Below are positions 7,472 to 17,237 of a stretch of DNA of 58,934 nt, piece by piece; the stretch's first letter is position 1, and each line of letters starts with the position of its first letter. A program made the translations under genes and the position numbers. Source of the DNA: a virus (taxonomy: Duplodnaviria > Caudoviricetes); IMG/VR virus record IMGVR_UViG_3300037258_000356, positions 1-58,934 of that record; one strand, given 5' to 3'. A model generated the notes under the pieces. The model did not search any database. It worked only from the letters and a program-made list of their open reading frames with translations, and was not told the DNA's origin.

Positions 7472-9721
7472 CTACGGGAGCGGGCTGGTCAGCGGCGACG
7501 ACGGGCCGCCCGTGGTCAGCGGGCCCTGGAAGTTCGACACGACCGAAAGCGGCGATGTCTTCGGCCGCCAGTACCCGAGGAACCCTGCCGGGCCCATTTC
7601 GGCGGCCGGGCCGATCGACGGGTCGCCCTGCTTGCCCATTGAGATCACATTGCCGTTGCCGACATAGACCGTCACGTGCTGCGTGTCGGCGGTCGACGGG
7701 CCGTAGAAGCAAAGGTCGCTCGCGAGCGGGTTCGGCACCTGCACGCAGTTCGCGATGATGCTCGTCGTGTTGCCGTTGCCGTTGTAGTCGTTGCCTGACG
7801 GGTCCTGCCAGCCGGCGGCCTTGTGGGCGAGGATCGCGAACGACGAGCAGTCCATCGTCCGTGGCGCCGGGCCGAAGAGCGTGCCGCCGTTCATGCGGGT
7901 CGGCAGGCCGTTCTTGCCGATCACCAGTGACTCGGTGTACACGTACATTGAGCGTTGCTGCAGCGCAGCGATCGCCGCGGCCGCCGGGTCCCCGTAGCTG
8001 CCACCGCCCGTCGAGGTCGACGCCGCGGCGCCGCCGGTCGCGCCCGTCGGGAACGAGTTGGTCGCGGCCGGCGCGTTGACGCCGGTCGCGGTGGCCTGCG
8101 GCTCAGGGTACGGTGCGATCGCGGGCTCGAGGGTGAGCTGGGTGAACGTGTCGCCGAGAACGTTGCGCGTGGCATCGGCGACGATCCACCGGCCGTTCGC
8201 CGGCCCGAAGTTCTGGAGGACGATCACATCGCCGGCACGGAAGTCATCGATGCCGCAGATCAGGTCGAGCGGCACCTGCGACGGCGTCTGCGGCTTCGAG
8301 ATCTTGCTCTTGCGCTGAACGCGGCCCTTCACCTTGTGCGTGGAGCGGTAGTTGAAAGCGGTGTTGTCGAACGTCCAGTTCGTAGCCGGCAGGATCCGCT
8401 GGCGGTCCTTGACGCGGTCGATGTAGGCGGCGGGCTTCTGGCCGATCAGGTCGTCGCCGTTGAGATAGTAGAAGCAGTTGCCGTTAGTGAACGCGAACCA
8501 GCCGACCTCCTGGGCCAGGCGGGTGACGCAGTCCCAAGAGTCCTCATCGGGGTTCTCGCTGGTGCCGCGGGTGAGCTGCGACACGTCGCTCGCGGTCGTC
8601 TCGGCCGCGTCGAGCGTGCCGGAGTGCAGGCCGCCAGCGGCGTAGATCGCCTGCGCCTCGGAAAGCCACTGCTCGTACGCCGAGCCGTCGCTCGAGCTTG
8701 AGCCCTGCGTGGCCTGGGCGATCTGGCCTGGCGAGAGCGTCGGGTTGAGCCGGGCGATCGTGATCGCGCCGCCCGGCGGCGTGCCGTAGTTGACGGCGAC
8801 ACCTGCAACGCCGCCGCTGTAGTAGTGGTCGCCCAGGAACGCGTTGACGCAGGCGGCGACGTCGAGCGGGCTGATCCCGAGATTCGCGGCCGTCGACGCG
8901 AGGAACTGAAGGATCCCGGTGCTTGACCCGTCGCCGAAAGTGAGGTTCGTGAACGACGACTCCTGGATGCACGCGCAGAACAGCGCAAGCGCCGCGGCCT
9001 TCGGTGCGGCGAGCTGGTTGGCGATCGAGATCGCAGTGTTGATGTTCTGCAGCTGCAGGTTGCTCGGCGGCTGGCCCTTCACCGTGATCGCGGCCCCGGC
9101 GCCGATGCCGCGCTGCTTGTTCGCTTTCGTGCCGGCGTTTTGCTGATCGACAGCGGTTGAGATCGTGACCTGGCCGAGGTCGTTGGTGAGCGAGCTCGCG
9201 ACGGGCTGAATCACGTTCAGCTCGGGGCACACAAGACGAATCGGCGTTTCGAAGTACGGGGACCGCGCGTAGGCGCCGCGGCCGACCTCGTCGACGAGGC
9301 GTTTGATGAACTGCGCCCTGGTCGTCGTGCCAGCGGCGGCGCCGACGGGTCCCCAGTGGTCGCGCAGGTAGCTGACGATGCGATCCTGGAAGGTGAGTGT
9401 CAGGTTCGGCTGGCTGTTGTCGAGGCCGCCCTCGAGCATGCACAGCCGCCACCACGCCTGCGACCCCCCCGGGAAGTTCACGTCGATCGCCGGGAGCAGA
9501 CCGTCGGGGGTGACGTTGAGAAACCCGCTCGTTTGCAACCCAAGGTCCGGGTCGAGCATCGTCACCGTCAGAAGGCTCGCGCCGGCGATCTGCGTTTCGA
9601 CCGTGACCTCCTGGATCGCGCCCGCAAGCTGCTCCTGCTTCGGTGCGCCGGGCTGCGCCGCGAGAGCGCGAGCAATCAGGTTGCGGATCGGGCCCGCGTT
9701 CGGGAGAGGGACGCTCGCCAT
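7472..9721 (-). CDS. Baseplate hub with lysozyme-like insert and C-terminal NlpC/P60 domain
   Basis: Late-control-D-like architecture; CIQESSF...GILQF; DCSSF...QHVTVYVG. Confidence 0.75.
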   Translation of the reverse strand: MASVPLPNAGPIRNLIARALAAQPGAPKQEQLAGAIQEVTVETQIAGASLLTVTMLDPDLGLQTSGFLNVTPDGLLPAIDVNFPGGSQAWWRLCMLEGGLDNSQPNLTLTFQDRIVSYLRDHWGPVGAAAGTTTRAQFIKRLVDEVGRGAYARSPYFETPIRLVCPELNVIQPVASSLTNDLGQVTISTAVDQQNAGTKANKQRGIGAGAAITVKGQPPSNLQLQNINTAISIANQLAAPKAAALALFCACIQESSFTNLTFGDGSSTGILQFLASTAANLGISPLDVAACVNAFLGDHYYSGGVAGVAVNYGTPPGGAITIARLNPTLSPGQIAQATQGSSSSDGSAYEQWLSEAQAIYAAGGLHSGTLDAAETTASDVSQLTRGTSENPDEDSWDCVTRLAQEVGWFAFTNGNCFYYLNGDDLIGQKPAAYIDRVKDRQRILPATNWTFDNTAFNYRSTHKVKGRVQRKSKISKPQTPSQVPLDLICGIDDFRAGDVIVLQNFGPANGRWIVADATRNVLGDTFTQLTLEPAIAPYPEPQATATGVNAPAATNSFPTGATGGAAASTSTGGGSYGDPAAAAIAALQQRSMYVYTESLVIGKNGLPTRMNGGTLFGPAPRTMDCSSFAILAHKAAGWQDPSGNDYNGNGNTTSIIANCVQVPNPLASDLCFYGPSTADTQHVTVYVGNGNVISMGKQGDPSIGPAAEMGPAGFLGYWRPKTSPLSVVSNFQGPLTTGGPSSPLTSPLP

Positions 9722-9731
9722 CGCCGGACGG

Positions 9732-10613
9732 TTAAGAGAGGCCTTGGATGACGGTGAGCGGCACCTTCAACTTCGTCCCCGTCGGGAGCTGCTTGTTGAC
9801 GCTCGTGCCGATCCTCGTGTTGCTCTTGTTCGCAGCGAGGATCTGCGAGGCCGCAGTCGGGTCGCCGGGGGCGACCTTCGCGGCGAGCTTCTGCACGGTG
9901 TTCAGCGCACTGGTGGTGGTGTAGGTCTTGTACTGGCCGCTGACCGCGCCGTTCGCGACCGCCCGGGCGGAGCTCGAGTCGGCGGAGGCGGAGAACTGGT
10001 CCTGCACCCACTGCATCAGCGTGACCGTCACGTCCTGGCGGGTGCGGTACCCGGCGGCGTTTCGGATCGGCGATGTGTCGTAGTCGATGCCGCTAACGAC
10101 CCACTGGACTCCCTGCGCGTTCGGCGGGATCAGCGGCGTCTGCTTGCCAGCACTGTCGATGCTCGCCACGCGGACGAGGGGGCTGTCGCCGACGCCGGCG
10201 ATGCCGACGCCGGTCGGGCCGAACAGCTTGCCGCGGCCGCCCATCCACTCGAGCTTCTGAATGTCCTGCTCGAGCGCGGCAGCGTGCAGGTTCGCATTGC
10301 CGTTCTGAGTGTCGAGCCAGTCCTGCTGGTAGCAGTCGAAGCGGACCGGCACGGTCATCGTGTACGGGTCGTAGCCGGCGAGGGTGGTGACCGCGACCTG
10401 CTGCAGCCGTTGGACCTGGTTCCAGTTGGAGAAGCCGTCGGTGACGGTCGGCGCGTTCTCGCCGGCGAGAACGGTGAACTCGTAGCTCGCGGCCTTGCTG
10501 CCACCTGCGAGGCTTCCCTTGAAGCGGATGTACTGGCCCTGGCCGATGTTCGGGAGCTTCGCCTTCGGCTTCTGGGGGCCGCCTTCGCCGCGGCCGAAGC
10601 TCGCGGGGCTCAA
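9732..10613 (-). CDS. Tail tube initiator with LysM-like C-terminus
   Basis: Between tape measure and hub; ILAANK...LPTGTKLKVP LysM-like end. Confidence 0.6.
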   Translation of the reverse strand: MSPASFGRGEGGPQKPKAKLPNIGQGQYIRFKGSLAGGSKAASYEFTVLAGENAPTVTDGFSNWNQVQRLQQVAVTTLAGYDPYTMTVPVRFDCYQQDWLDTQNGNANLHAAALEQDIQKLEWMGGRGKLFGPTGVGIAGVGDSPLVRVASIDSAGKQTPLIPPNAQGVQWVVSGIDYDTSPIRNAAGYRTRQDVTVTLMQWVQDQFSASADSSSARAVANGAVSGQYKTYTTTSALNTVQKLAAKVAPGDPTAASQILAANKSNTRIGTSVNKQLPTGTKLKVPLTVIQGLS

Positions 10614-12409
10614 GCGAACGCCGCTTTCTTCAGCGACGTCTGCGTGATGCCCTCAGCGAGGACCCTGGGTCCGAGGCGCAGCACGATCGGTGCCTGCTCG
10701 ATCTGCACGTTGATGCACTCCGCACCGCCGAGACCGCGGCCGCCGTTGAGCGCGTTCAATGCGCCGACGCCGACCTGGTTGACGACCTCCTTGCGCAACA
10801 CGAACTCGCCGGGGGTGAGCATCGCGGGGATGCTGTCCTGGTCACCGACACCGGGGACGAAGCCGCCCGGCGCGTAGCGGCGCACGAGGCCGCCGGAGTG
10901 GAACGGGTTGAGACTGCCGAAGAAGTGGCCGACGCTGCTGAACGTGTGACCGAAGAAGTGGCCGATTCCGCCGAAGATCCCGGAGATCTTGCGACCCAGC
11001 CAGGTGAATTTGCCCCAGATCCAGTTGACGACGCCGGTGATGATGTGCTTCACCGCGTTGAACGCGCCGACGACGGCCTTCGGAAATCCGGTGAACGGCC
11101 ACTCGAGAACGGTGAGGACCCCGCGCCAGATCCGGGTGACGACGTTGACCACTCCGACGATCGCGGTGCGCAGCCAGCTGAAGACGCCGGTGACGATCGC
11201 GCGGAAGGTCTTCGAGCGGGTGTACGCAATGACGATCGCAGCCGCAAGCGCCGCGATCGCCGTTGCGACCAGCACGAACGGGTTGGCCTCCATGACGGTG
11301 TTGAGGATCGCCATCGGCTCCGTGAAGGCGACCACTGCGATCTTCGCCAGCGCCTGAGCGATTGCGAACACCTTGCTTGCCTCGGCCGCCAGAAATACCG
11401 CTGTGCGATATGTGGCGAACACGCCGACGGCGGCGCCGACGACCTCGAGCACCGTCTTGGTTTGGATCAGCCACTTCACAACGTTCACCAGGGGCGCGAA
11501 CGCGGTACGGATCACGCGAGAGATCCCGGGCCAATTGCGTTCCAAGGTGCTCGCAACCCCAGCGAGCCAAATCGCCACCTTCGAGACGATCGGCAACACG
11601 ACGCGGCCGATTTGCTCGGCGAGCAGATCGAAGGCGTGCTCGGCGTTGGAGATCGCACCTGCGGCCTTTTGGCTGTACGCGGTGGTGGCGCCGCTGTAGC
11701 GCTGCATCACCCGGGTATTGATCTCCTGGGCGGTAGCCATCTTGTCCAGCAGCTCCATGTGCCGGTAGAGCTGCGGGTAAAGCCGCTTCTGCGCGGCGGT
11801 CATGCTGTCGACGTACTTGGTGACCGGGAGGATCGCGCCGACGTACTTGCCCATCCGGCCGACCGTCCCGGTCTGCGCCTGACTGACGAACCGCAGCGCC
11901 TGGGTGTACCCGAGGTTCGCGCCGCGCGCCAACGCGAGCGCCTCGCGGTTCAGCCGGATCGCCTTCGTGCTCGAGCCGGTCAGGCGAATGAACTGCGCGA
12001 GGCCCTGCGCTTCCTCCTGCGGAGTAAAGCCACCGTGCGTCGACGTCTGCGCGATCGCCCGATCGAGCATGTCCATCGCACCAGCACCAGCCTGCCCCGT
12101 GTTCTTCAACGCGTTGCGCAGCTGCGCCTGCTGCGTCTGCCACTGCTCGCCCGCGCGAATCGCATCGCGCATCCCGTACAGCAGCGACCCAAAGCCTGCG
12201 GCGCCCCCGACGAACGCAACGGCGGTACGAAGCCGCTTCGCGCTGCCCGTCATCACATCGAAGCCAGCACTGCCGGCGACCGCCTCATCGCCGGCCTTAC
12301 GGGAAGTGCTCCCGATGCCGGCGATCGCCCTCTGGGTTTTCTTCGCTTCGAGCTGGGCGGTCTTGGCTTCGAGCAGCCGGACGCGAACCTCGAGATTGGT
12401 GAGCGTCAC
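10610..12409 (-). CDS. Tape measure protein
   Basis: Ala-rich helical protein with periodic W/F residues and ANPFVL, DSIPAMLTPGEFV motifs; follows the chaperones. Confidence 0.85.
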   Translation of the reverse strand: MTLTNLEVRVRLLEAKTAQLEAKKTQRAIAGIGSTSRKAGDEAVAGSAGFDVMTGSAKRLRTAVAFVGGAAGFGSLLYGMRDAIRAGEQWQTQQAQLRNALKNTGQAGAGAMDMLDRAIAQTSTHGGFTPQEEAQGLAQFIRLTGSSTKAIRLNREALALARGANLGYTQALRFVSQAQTGTVGRMGKYVGAILPVTKYVDSMTAAQKRLYPQLYRHMELLDKMATAQEINTRVMQRYSGATTAYSQKAAGAISNAEHAFDLLAEQIGRVVLPIVSKVAIWLAGVASTLERNWPGISRVIRTAFAPLVNVVKWLIQTKTVLEVVGAAVGVFATYRTAVFLAAEASKVFAIAQALAKIAVVAFTEPMAILNTVMEANPFVLVATAIAALAAAIVIAYTRSKTFRAIVTGVFSWLRTAIVGVVNVVTRIWRGVLTVLEWPFTGFPKAVVGAFNAVKHIITGVVNWIWGKFTWLGRKISGIFGGIGHFFGHTFSSVGHFFGSLNPFHSGGLVRRYAPGGFVPGVGDQDSIPAMLTPGEFVLRKEVVNQVGVGALNALNGGRGLGGAECINVQIEQAPIVLRLGPRVLAEGITQTSLKKAAFA

Positions 12410-12424
12410 CGGCGCCTCCTCGAA

Positions 12425-12610
12425 CTACTTGGCCCGTTCGGCCCGGGCGTTGGCTTCTTTGTGGATCGCGAGCGTGCGGTCAATGACCATGTCGAGCCAC
12501 ACGAAGTAGCCTGGGTCCTCGTTGCGGTAGATCTGGTCGATGTCGACCGGGATCCGCAGGACGGTGCACATGGCGGCGAGCTCGACCGGCCGCCCGCGTC
12601 TCAGTTTCCC
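12425..12610 (-). CDS. Tail assembly chaperone GT extension (-1 frame)
   Basis: Slippery GGGAAAC at 12604-12610 just before the G stop; the -1 frame is open to TAG at 12425. Confidence 0.65.
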   Translation of the reverse strand, partial: GKLRRGRPVELAAMCTVLRIPVDIDQIYRNEDPGYFVWLDMVIDRTLAIHKEANARAERAK

Positions 12611-13128
12611 TGCGCGATCCCCCTATCGACGGACAGGTCGACGTCGGCGCGCCACTGGGCGTAGGTCGAGTAGGTGAGAACGACACGGGTCTCGTCGTCG
12701 AAGATCAAGAACACGGCCTGCCGCGGGTTCTGCGGATCTGCTGTGTCGTCGAAATACCGGGCGAGTTCAACGCCAAGCGGCGGAAGATCGTGGCGTTCGC
12801 CGTCGATTACAGCGACGGTCTTCACGCACGCGGCGGCGAGCGTGTCCGCGGCCTCGTATAGCTCGCGGTCGGACTCGTCGCTGACCGAGTTGAGCGCTGT
12901 GCTGCCGATCTGCTTCGACTGTTCCCACGAGAGCGCGCGGAACACGCCAAAGAGCTCGACGCCCGCCGCACGGTAGCCGGGGATCCTGATTTCAACGGTG
13001 GTCTGTGCTTGTTTTGCGGCGCGCGCGGCACGGATGCGCGCCTGAATCGAATCGGGCGTCGATGTTGGTGCCGGCGGCGGCGGTGGTGCGGCGGTCTCGA
13101 CGGGCGGGTCGAGTGGCTGTTCGCTCAT
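12601..13128 (-). CDS. Tail assembly chaperone G
   Basis: MSEQPLDPP start with TAATG overlap; lies between tube and tape measure. Confidence 0.7.
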   Translation of the reverse strand: MSEQPLDPPVETAAPPPPPAPTSTPDSIQARIRAARAAKQAQTTVEIRIPGYRAAGVELFGVFRALSWEQSKQIGSTALNSVSDESDRELYEAADTLAAACVKTVAVIDGERHDLPPLGVELARYFDDTADPQNPRQAVFLIFDDETRVVLTYSTYAQWRADVDLSVDRGIAQGN

Positions 13129-13553
13129 TAGCTGACCGCCACGTCGGCTGCGAAGACGAGCGAGAGCTTGGCGTCCTCGGCGGTCCCAGCCTGGTAGGGC
13201 GGGACGGTGACGCCCTTGAGCGTGCCAGTGTAGGTCTCGGTTGAACCCGGGACGACGCTCTTGTTCGCGCCGAGCGTTGTCTTGGTGATCGTGGCGCGCG
13301 CGGCGCCGACGCCGTTCTGCAGTTGCTTCGACACGCTGATGAGGGTGTCGCTCCACTCGCGAGCGGTGGTGATGTCGCTGCGGGATGGGATGCCGCCGAG
13401 GTCGATCTTGTTGCCCATGCCGCCGGGCGGGTAGGTGACGGTTTCGGCGGTGATGTCGCCACCCTCGAAGCTGTCCCAGACGATGTTGTCGATGGTGATC
13501 CCATCGATCGAGACGTGGATCGCTTGCTGGTCTGACCTGTAGTAGGTCGGCAC
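13128..13553 (-). CDS. Tail tube protein
   Basis: 141 aa, follows the sheath; GGDITAETVTYPPGGMG motif; GGAGG RBS. Confidence 0.75.
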   Translation of the reverse strand: MPTYYRSDQQAIHVSIDGITIDNIVWDSFEGGDITAETVTYPPGGMGNKIDLGGIPSRSDITTAREWSDTLISVSKQLQNGVGAARATITKTTLGANKSVVPGSTETYTGTLKGVTVPPYQAGTAEDAKLSLVFAADVAVS

Positions 13554-13563
13554 TTGGCCCCTC

Positions 13564-15186
13564 CTATGCCGCGAGCGGCTCGTAGACGATGGTGATCGGA
13601 ACCTGCAGAGCGGACTCGGTGAGGTTCACCGTGAGAGTCGCGAGGAGTTGGCCGGCAGCAGCAGTCGTGGGGGTGTTGCCGGACGTGTCGACGGAGCCCG
13701 CATCGGTGGCGTTCGCGCCGAAGAGTGCCTTGGCCGCCCAGTGCGCGGCGATGGTGCCTTGAAGCTTGCCGGCCAGGGCCGCGACGGTGAGGCCCTGGCC
13801 GTCGATCGGGTCGAAGAGGTAGCCCTCGGCGTCCTCGAGCGCGTCGGCGGTGAGGGCCATGCGTTCGCGGCCGCAGTTGGCCTGCCAGAACACCTTGTCG
13901 GTGGCGGCTGCGGAGACGAAGCCGAAGAGGCAGAGGGTGCCGTAGCGGTTGGCCCAGGTGTTGATGCCGGCGGCTTCGAGGGTGTTTGTGTCGGCGGTGT
14001 TGTAGGTCTCGGTGAAGCCGGTGACGTAGTTGAGCGGCCAGTTGATGCCGCAGGGCATCTGGTTGTCGTTGCCGGTCGCGGCTACGCGCGCACAGAGCGC
14101 GGCGGCGACGGCGCTCGCGGCGACGGTGCGCGTGGTGCCGGGCGTGACGCCGGGGATAATCGGGCTGCCGGCGACTGGAAGGACGTGACCGGTGTGCTGG
14201 CCGATATTGCCGGCCAGCGCGGCGACGACGGCAGATGCGCTGGAGTTGTCTGCGAGGTCGATGAGCGCGTACCGGTTGTTGGTGTAGGCGTGCGCGGCGA
14301 GCGCGGCCCACACCGTCGCGTTGGACTGGCCGGGCACGGCGACCTGGCCTGGGCCGAGGGAGGCGGGGATGTTGTTGAGCGCGGCCGCGTAGCTTGAGGC
14401 GCTGATGTCGTTGGGGTTCGCGCCGCCGGTGAGCGCCGCGGCGCTCGAGGCGACCGGCACGTTGGTGGTGTTCCCGCTGCCGCTTGACTGGCTGAAGGTG
14501 ACGTACTCGGAGCTGGTGTCGGCGATGAGCTGGGCGGTGGTGATGTAGGGGCCGTGGCTCTCGAGGATGTCGCCGGCGGAGTCTTCGATCTCGACGGTGA
14601 ACGTGGCCGGGGTGATCGTCACGCCGGTGCCGCTGGCGGTCGCGTTCGCCGACAGCGTGAGCGTGCTTGCACCGGGGTTGACGGCGCTGACGTAGGTGCC
14701 GGCGGGGATGCCGGTTCCCGAGACGGGGGTGCCGACGCCGATGTTGGCGAAGCTCGACACGGCGCTGACCGTCGGGCTGGTCGAGGTGGTGGTGCCGGTG
14801 AAGGTCGTGCCGCTGCCACGGATGACGGCGACGTAGACGTTGTCACCGTCGATGCCGGGGGTGTCGGCGGTGACGACGACGGTGGGGTGCGGCGTCGCGT
14901 CGTTGAGCGTCAGAGCGGCGGCGACGGCGGTGTTGTCGTCGACGCGGACGATGTAGGCGTAGGTGCCGCCTTCGTGGAAGAACGCGTCAAGGGCGTCGTA
15001 GAGCACGCTGTTGGTCGAGCTGCGCGGTCCGATGACGGCGGCTGCGGCGGCGATCGAGTTGACGCCGACCGGGGTGGTGGGGCCTTCATCGGCGAGGCCG
15101 ACGAAGAACGCGACGCCGGTGGTGGTGGGCGGCCCGCTCGGGGTTTGGGCCTCGGTGTTGGTGACGGTGACGCCGATCGGGGACAT
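13564..15186 (-). CDS. Tail sheath protein
   Basis: GVTVT...FFVGLADEGP...FFHEGG...AAALCAR...LEAAGIN motifs. Confidence 0.88.
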   Translation of the reverse strand: MSPIGVTVTNTEAQTPSGPPTTTGVAFFVGLADEGPTTPVGVNSIAAAAAVIGPRSSTNSVLYDALDAFFHEGGTYAYIVRVDDNTAVAAALTLNDATPHPTVVVTADTPGIDGDNVYVAVIRGSGTTFTGTTTSTSPTVSAVSSFANIGVGTPVSGTGIPAGTYVSAVNPGASTLTLSANATASGTGVTITPATFTVEIEDSAGDILESHGPYITTAQLIADTSSEYVTFSQSSGSGNTTNVPVASSAAALTGGANPNDISASSYAAALNNIPASLGPGQVAVPGQSNATVWAALAAHAYTNNRYALIDLADNSSASAVVAALAGNIGQHTGHVLPVAGSPIIPGVTPGTTRTVAASAVAAALCARVAATGNDNQMPCGINWPLNYVTGFTETYNTADTNTLEAAGINTWANRYGTLCLFGFVSAAATDKVFWQANCGRERMALTADALEDAEGYLFDPIDGQGLTVAALAGKLQGTIAAHWAAKALFGANATDAGSVDTSGNTPTTAAAGQLLATLTVNLTESALQVPITIVYEPLAA

Positions 15187-15243
15187 GCGTGATTGGCCTC
15201 CAGTGAGGGGGAGCGATGGGGGTGCGGATGGCCCCGATGGGGC

Positions 15244-15858
15244 TTAGGGTGCTTCGCCGACTACGGTAATTTCGGGCGTCTCGACGAGCGGCCACGGCGA
15301 GATCGGTGCTTCCGGCTCGGTCGGCGGGTCCGGTGTGGCGGGTCCGCCGGTGCCGGTGAGGATGCTGTTGACCCAGACGTGCAGGTCGATCTCACCGAGC
15401 GCGAAGGTGCGGTTATTGGGGTCCGGCAGGCGGAGGTCCCAGTCGAGCATGTCGGTGTTCGTGGCGATGCCGCCGAGCGAACCGTTCTGGACGAGCAGCG
15501 CGCCGACCGCGGCGACGTAGGTTGATGCGGCGTTGCGGACGGCCTGTTCCGTTTGGTCGGTGACGAAGATGCCGACGCTGAACGGGAAGAGCGCGTTGTA
15601 GCGGTCGCCGCCGGCCTTGTCGAACGGCGGGAGCTTGTCACCGACGATCACGACGGCGGGCTGGTTAAGGCCCTCCCAATTCGCTAGGTCAAACGACGGT
15701 CCGTAGGACTGCGGGCGTTCGATGGTCGGGACGGTGAGGTCGAGAACGCGCTCGAGCTGCGCGAGATACGTGTCAACCCACTTTTCGATCGTCGCGAGCA
15801 CAGCGGCCTCGACCTGGGATTGGGTGACGATCGGCCCGAAGACGCTCGGTGTGCTCAT
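15244..15858 (-). CDS. Tail/sheath terminator protein
   Basis: Position immediately upstream of the sheath; size. Confidence 0.5.
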   Translation of the reverse strand: MSTPSVFGPIVTQSQVEAAVLATIEKWVDTYLAQLERVLDLTVPTIERPQSYGPSFDLANWEGLNQPAVVIVGDKLPPFDKAGGDRYNALFPFSVGIFVTDQTEQAVRNAASTYVAAVGALLVQNGSLGGIATNTDMLDWDLRLPDPNNRTFALGEIDLHVWVNSILTGTGGPATPDPPTEPEAPISPWPLVETPEITVVGEAP

Positions 15859-16331
15859 AGTCCGCGGAGGCTGTCGAGCGGGTTGGCACCCATGATGTAG
15901 GTCTTCAGGATCTCGACGGCCGCGAGGCGCTCTTTGAGGCTGAAACGCAGCACGCGGCGGCGAACCTCGCCAGTGTGCGAGGCGGAGCTTGTGGTGCCGA
16001 ACTGAGCGAATTTGGCGTAGAACTTGTCGGTGCCGAAGACGAGCTCGGTCGAGGTGATCAGGCGCACGCCGCCTTCGATGGTGGTGACCTGGTGTTTCAT
16101 CTCGCCGGTCGCGACGAGCCGCTCCGACGACTGCCCTTTCGCCTGCTTCGACGCGACGGTCGCCGGCGCGAGCTGCGGGCCGCGACCGTAGAGCCGCTCG
16201 TTGCTTTTCGCGATCAGCTCCGCGATCTCCAAGAGCGCGGCCTCCGGCGCGCCGACGCGCTTTTGGAAGCGTTCGAACATGTCGGTGACTTCCTTCTCGC
16301 CGCTGACGGTGATGAGCGCGGTCAGGCCCAT
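15855..16331 (-). CDS. Virion morphogenesis / tail completion protein (Mu gpG-like)
   Basis: LAPATVASK...LVATGEMK...FGTDKFYAKFAQFGT motif. Confidence 0.7.
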   Translation of the reverse strand: MGLTALITVSGEKEVTDMFERFQKRVGAPEAALLEIAELIAKSNERLYGRGPQLAPATVASKQAKGQSSERLVATGEMKHQVTTIEGGVRLITSTELVFGTDKFYAKFAQFGTTSSASHTGEVRRRVLRFSLKERLAAVEILKTYIMGANPLDSLRGL

Positions 16332-17221
16332 TAGAAGGAGTCTTCGAGGTAGGGGATGCCGTCGCCGAACGGGCCGGCGCCGAACAGCCATGGCCAGAGC
16401 GCGAAGATCTCGGGGCTGATGCCGCCGGGGCCGTTGGGGAACCACATGTCGGGCGGGAACTTCGACGGGTCGAACTTGCCGTTCGCCATCGCGGCCTGCC
16501 ACGCCTGAAACCGTGACTGGCGTTCGCTGAGAACGGGCACGGACCAGAACGAGGGGGCGGGGCTGGCGACGTCTTCTTGTGCGATCGCGCGTTTGAGCGC
16601 GGCGAGCTGGGTGGTGTAGAGCTGCTCGTACTGCTGGTAGCTCGACTGGTCGCGGTTCACCTCGTTGCGGTAGAAGGTGAGCTCGACGAGCATCGCCGCG
16701 TACAGCATCGAAACCCACCTGGTTTGCGCGTAATACGCGGGTGGGATGTCGACGCCGATCTCCATCAGGACGCCGTTGACGGCCTGGGTGAGCAGCATCT
16801 GCGCCTCATCGCCGGTGGGGCGCGTGAGGTCGTTGAACGTGCCGGCCTCGCCGCCGCCGCTGCCCGCGGTGACGGTGCGGGCGCGCATGAGCTTGCCGAG
16901 GTCGTCGACGGTGGGGCGGATCTCGTCGCCGACGCCCGGGGCGTTCTGGACGGGGTCGGATGGCGGCGACGTGTTGCTGCCGTCGAAGAACGCGATCTCA
17001 TACCAGCCCTGGTTGAGCGTCGCGTTGAGCGTCGTAAGGTTCCGCGACTGCGGGCTGGTCGGGTCGGTGTCTACGCCGTCAGGGAGGACCGACATCTGGA
17101 TGGTGTCGATCAGCGTCCACGGCCCCGTCGAGGCAGCTGCTTCGTAGATGTAGGCGGCGGTCCACGGGCGCCCGTCGTAGCGGGGTTGCGGCTGGACGTC
17201 GGCGAAGGAGACGACGCTCAA
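16331..17221 (-). CDS. Head-tail adaptor
   Basis: GGAGG plus TTG start; RPTVDDLGKLMRART...GTFNDLTRPT typical of actinophage adaptors. Confidence 0.6.
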   Translation of the reverse strand: MSVVSFADVQPQPRYDGRPWTAAYIYEAAASTGPWTLIDTIQMSVLPDGVDTDPTSPQSRNLTTLNATLNQGWYEIAFFDGSNTSPPSDPVQNAPGVGDEIRPTVDDLGKLMRARTVTAGSGGGEAGTFNDLTRPTGDEAQMLLTQAVNGVLMEIGVDIPPAYYAQTRWVSMLYAAMLVELTFYRNEVNRDQSSYQQYEQLYTTQLAALKRAIAQEDVASPAPSFWSVPVLSERQSRFQAWQAAMANGKFDPSKFPPDMWFPNGPGGISPEIFALWPWLFGAGPFGDGIPYLEDSF

Positions 17222-17237
17222 CAGGTGCCTCCCGTGG

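Noticed and set aside
2705-16331. Contractile injection system or tailocin
   Set aside because: Capsid, portal and terminase genes are present and appear intact, so this is a phage tail
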